Origin: an uncultured Gammaproteobacteria bacterium
GTDB taxonomy: Bacteria > Pseudomonadota > Gammaproteobacteria > JACCXJ01
Assembly (NCBI GenBank): GCA_963764725.1
Contig: CAVXTM010000016.1
Span: 32,001-96,000, forward strand
Reading direction: 5' to 3'
Length of the DNA stretch: 64,000 nucleotides
In this document: positions 62,368 through 64,000 of the stretch, piece by piece
Layout: every line of letters begins with the position of its first letter
Numbering within the stretch: position 1 is the first letter of the stretch
The notes under the pieces: generated by a model
Database searches by the model: none
What the model saw: the letters and a program-made list of their open reading frames with translations, nothing else
Told to the model about the DNA's origin: nothing
Translations under genes and position numbers: made by a program

Positions 62368-62756
62368 CAGTATAAAATCACCGGAGTTTCTACTCCTACA
62401 GGTAGTGGGCACGCCCCTTAGAAGGTTTTTTAGAATGTCACGTTCCATCTGCAATCGTTCCGCAACTCCCGCTGCAACCGGGTGAGCTCTGCTTCTACCG
62501 CCGTCACCGGCAAGCGGTTCGACCCCACCTCTCAAGTTTCCCCCCCGAGTTCTTTGCCCACGCCGTTCACTAAGGTCTTCGCTGACATCGATAACCAATC
62601 GATGCCGCCTCGGTAGCTTTTAACCTCTCCTCCACAACCAGCTTCACCGCATTCTCACGAAACTCTTTCGTGTAAACCTGCTTCGGTAACTTATTCATTG
62701 AACACCTCCTTCTCCTATACCCTATCGAAGGCGTCCATTTTTTTCATCCTACCTCA

Positions 62757-62972
62757 AGGCATCCGACCTCGACGCAGGCGCCGAGCCGAAGGACCTGGGT
62801 CAGGATACGACCGACGGACAGGGCTTTTTCACCCTCGTCTTTACACCGGCAAAGACGAACCAATAACGGATGACACCACGCGCCGGTTGCGTCTACGGAT
62901 TAACGACCCAGAGGGCAAAGAACTTGCGACGGTCGAGAAGACGGTCAACGTCAAACAGCCGGTATTACTCAA
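62757..62972 (+). pseudogene. Continuation of the Tc-like gene broken at 55725
   Basis: (K)ASDLDAGAEPKDLGQDTTDGQG...RRLRLRINDPEGKEL; joins YQVK in frame through the AGG duplication. Confidence 0.7.
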
Positions 62973-63803
62973 GGTTTCAGGCGCTGCCATTTAAGCGCGT
63001 TGCGCCAGTTTTCGAAGAAACGTCGCGCCCAGGCTTCGCGCTCGTAGCACCACAACTGGCCGAAGGATTCCTTGAGCAGATAAGCGGTATTCAATCGCTT
63101 GTTGGCGGCGAGGAGCCTTTTCAGGGCGGCTCGACCATCGAGGGTCAGATGCTCCCGCCGGGAGAGCAGCGTATACCTTTGACCCTTGATGTAGCTCCGT
63201 TTCTCGCCGCTGAGCCGGGCATACTCCTGCTTGCGGATCTTATCGAGCGCCTCACCCAGGTGACGCATCACGTGAAATTTATCGAACAGGATAGCCGCCT
63301 GGGGTGCTTGTTCTCTGGTACTGTTGCGAAACGGCTTCCACATGTCCATCACGGCCAAGCGTACCCCCTTGGTTTTACGTGGCCCCAGCCAGGTGAAGAA
63401 TTCGTCCATGCTGGCCTCCGAGCGACCGGTTCCGCCGAACCAAATGGGTCGGCCACGGAGGAGATCGCTGACCACGATGCGATAGGTGTGACCCTTGCGG
63501 ATGGCGATCTCATCGATGCCGATAACCGCAGGTCCTGGCCGGCCAGCCCGTGCAAGCTGCGCACCCATGTATTGCTTGTCCAACTCCTTGACCGTCTGCC
63601 AGTCGAGATCCAACTCATCGGCCACCGCTTTGATGGTGCTCGTGCGGCAGCGCCGCCCGACGTAGAAAGCAAAGCGCTTGGTGTAGAAAGGGTTGTCGGC
63701 CAGAAAGTCCAGACGCTCGCGCTTCACCTTGCCGCACTGCCGGCAATCCACACGCCGGACCTCCAACTCCAGCCGCACGTGCGTATCCCCGCAGGAGAGA
63801 TCT
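62973..63803 (-). mobile_element. ISL3 internal fragment (same element as 50502-51410)
   Basis: DLSCGD, RRVDCRQCG zinc finger, IGIDE; about 660 bp near-identical to the first copy. Confidence 0.9.
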
Positions 63804-64000
63804 CAATCAAGGACTGGCGAAAAGGAACAAGGGGCATCTGGAGCGCATGCACGGTCATCTCGCCGAGGCGCTGCGCAACTTTCGGGAGGCCGAGAAGATA
63901 TTCACCGGCCTGGTCGAGAGGAATGGCGAAGGCGATCGTCCCAGGGCCGAGCTGGCGCGCACCCTGAACTCGCATTGGTGACGCCCTTGCCGATCAAGGC
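63804..64000 (+). pseudogene. TPR-like protein fragment
   Basis: GHLERMHGHLAEALRNFREAEKIF..LVE...RAELARTLNS / IGDALADQG. Confidence 0.45.

Larger units (their letters stand above)
60814..62425 (-). mobile_element. IS110-family element, copy 2
   Basis: Junctions CTAAAAAA|CCTTCTAAG and TTTCTTAGG|AAGCCACC. Confidence 0.93.
59873..62756 (-). mobile_element. IS3 element (copy 2) carrying IS110 in its frameshift site
   Basis: Left end TGAGGTAGGATGAAAAAAATGGACGCC, right end TGAGGTCGGTTGTCAATAGTGGACGCC; orfA from 62698 (MNKLPKQVYTKEFR, frameshifted); orfB 60770-59907. Confidence 0.9.

Overview
This GC-rich window looks gammaproteobacterial (inferred from ffh and the uvrC-pgsA-tRNA-Gly/Cys/Leu block) and has two halves. 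Bases 1-40364 are mostly core or semi-core genes: PrkA kinase, glk, dsbB, an ABC pair, ffh, a GtrABC-like glycosylation cassette with a sterol-desaturase-family gene, c-di-GMP proteins, a fused GltD/NfnB-PyrK/NfnA-like oxidoreductase, thiD, an isocitrate dehydrogenase with a C-terminal CBS pair, a cNMP-domain Ser/Thr kinase, uvrC, pgsA and four tRNAs, plus several eroded pseudogenes. From tRNA-Leu (40364) onward is a decayed genomic island with a broken tyrosine integrase, an hsp20-lon-osmC stress islet, two toxin-antitoxin pairs, remnants of a type III restriction gene, a RAYT and a Tc-toxin-like gene, and a dense nest of IS elements (IS3, IS110, ISL3, IS256, IS481, IS5 and an unclassified transposase). 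The top signal is two apparently identical IS110 elements, each sitting in the A-run -1 frameshift window of an IS3 element, in hosts with different orfA and left ends. The IS110 non-coding left end folds into a two-loop bridge-RNA-like structure whose loops contain TGGCTTTTT and TAAAAAAA (matching the IS3 slippery site CTAAAAAAAGCCA) and TTAGGAA (matching its own right end). This suggests an RNA-guided recombinase aimed at IS3 frameshift signals. Swapped flanks also show a roughly 4.1 kb inversion between the inverted IS3 copies. All calls come from reading the sequence by eye, with no searches run, and some frameshifts could be assembly indel errors.
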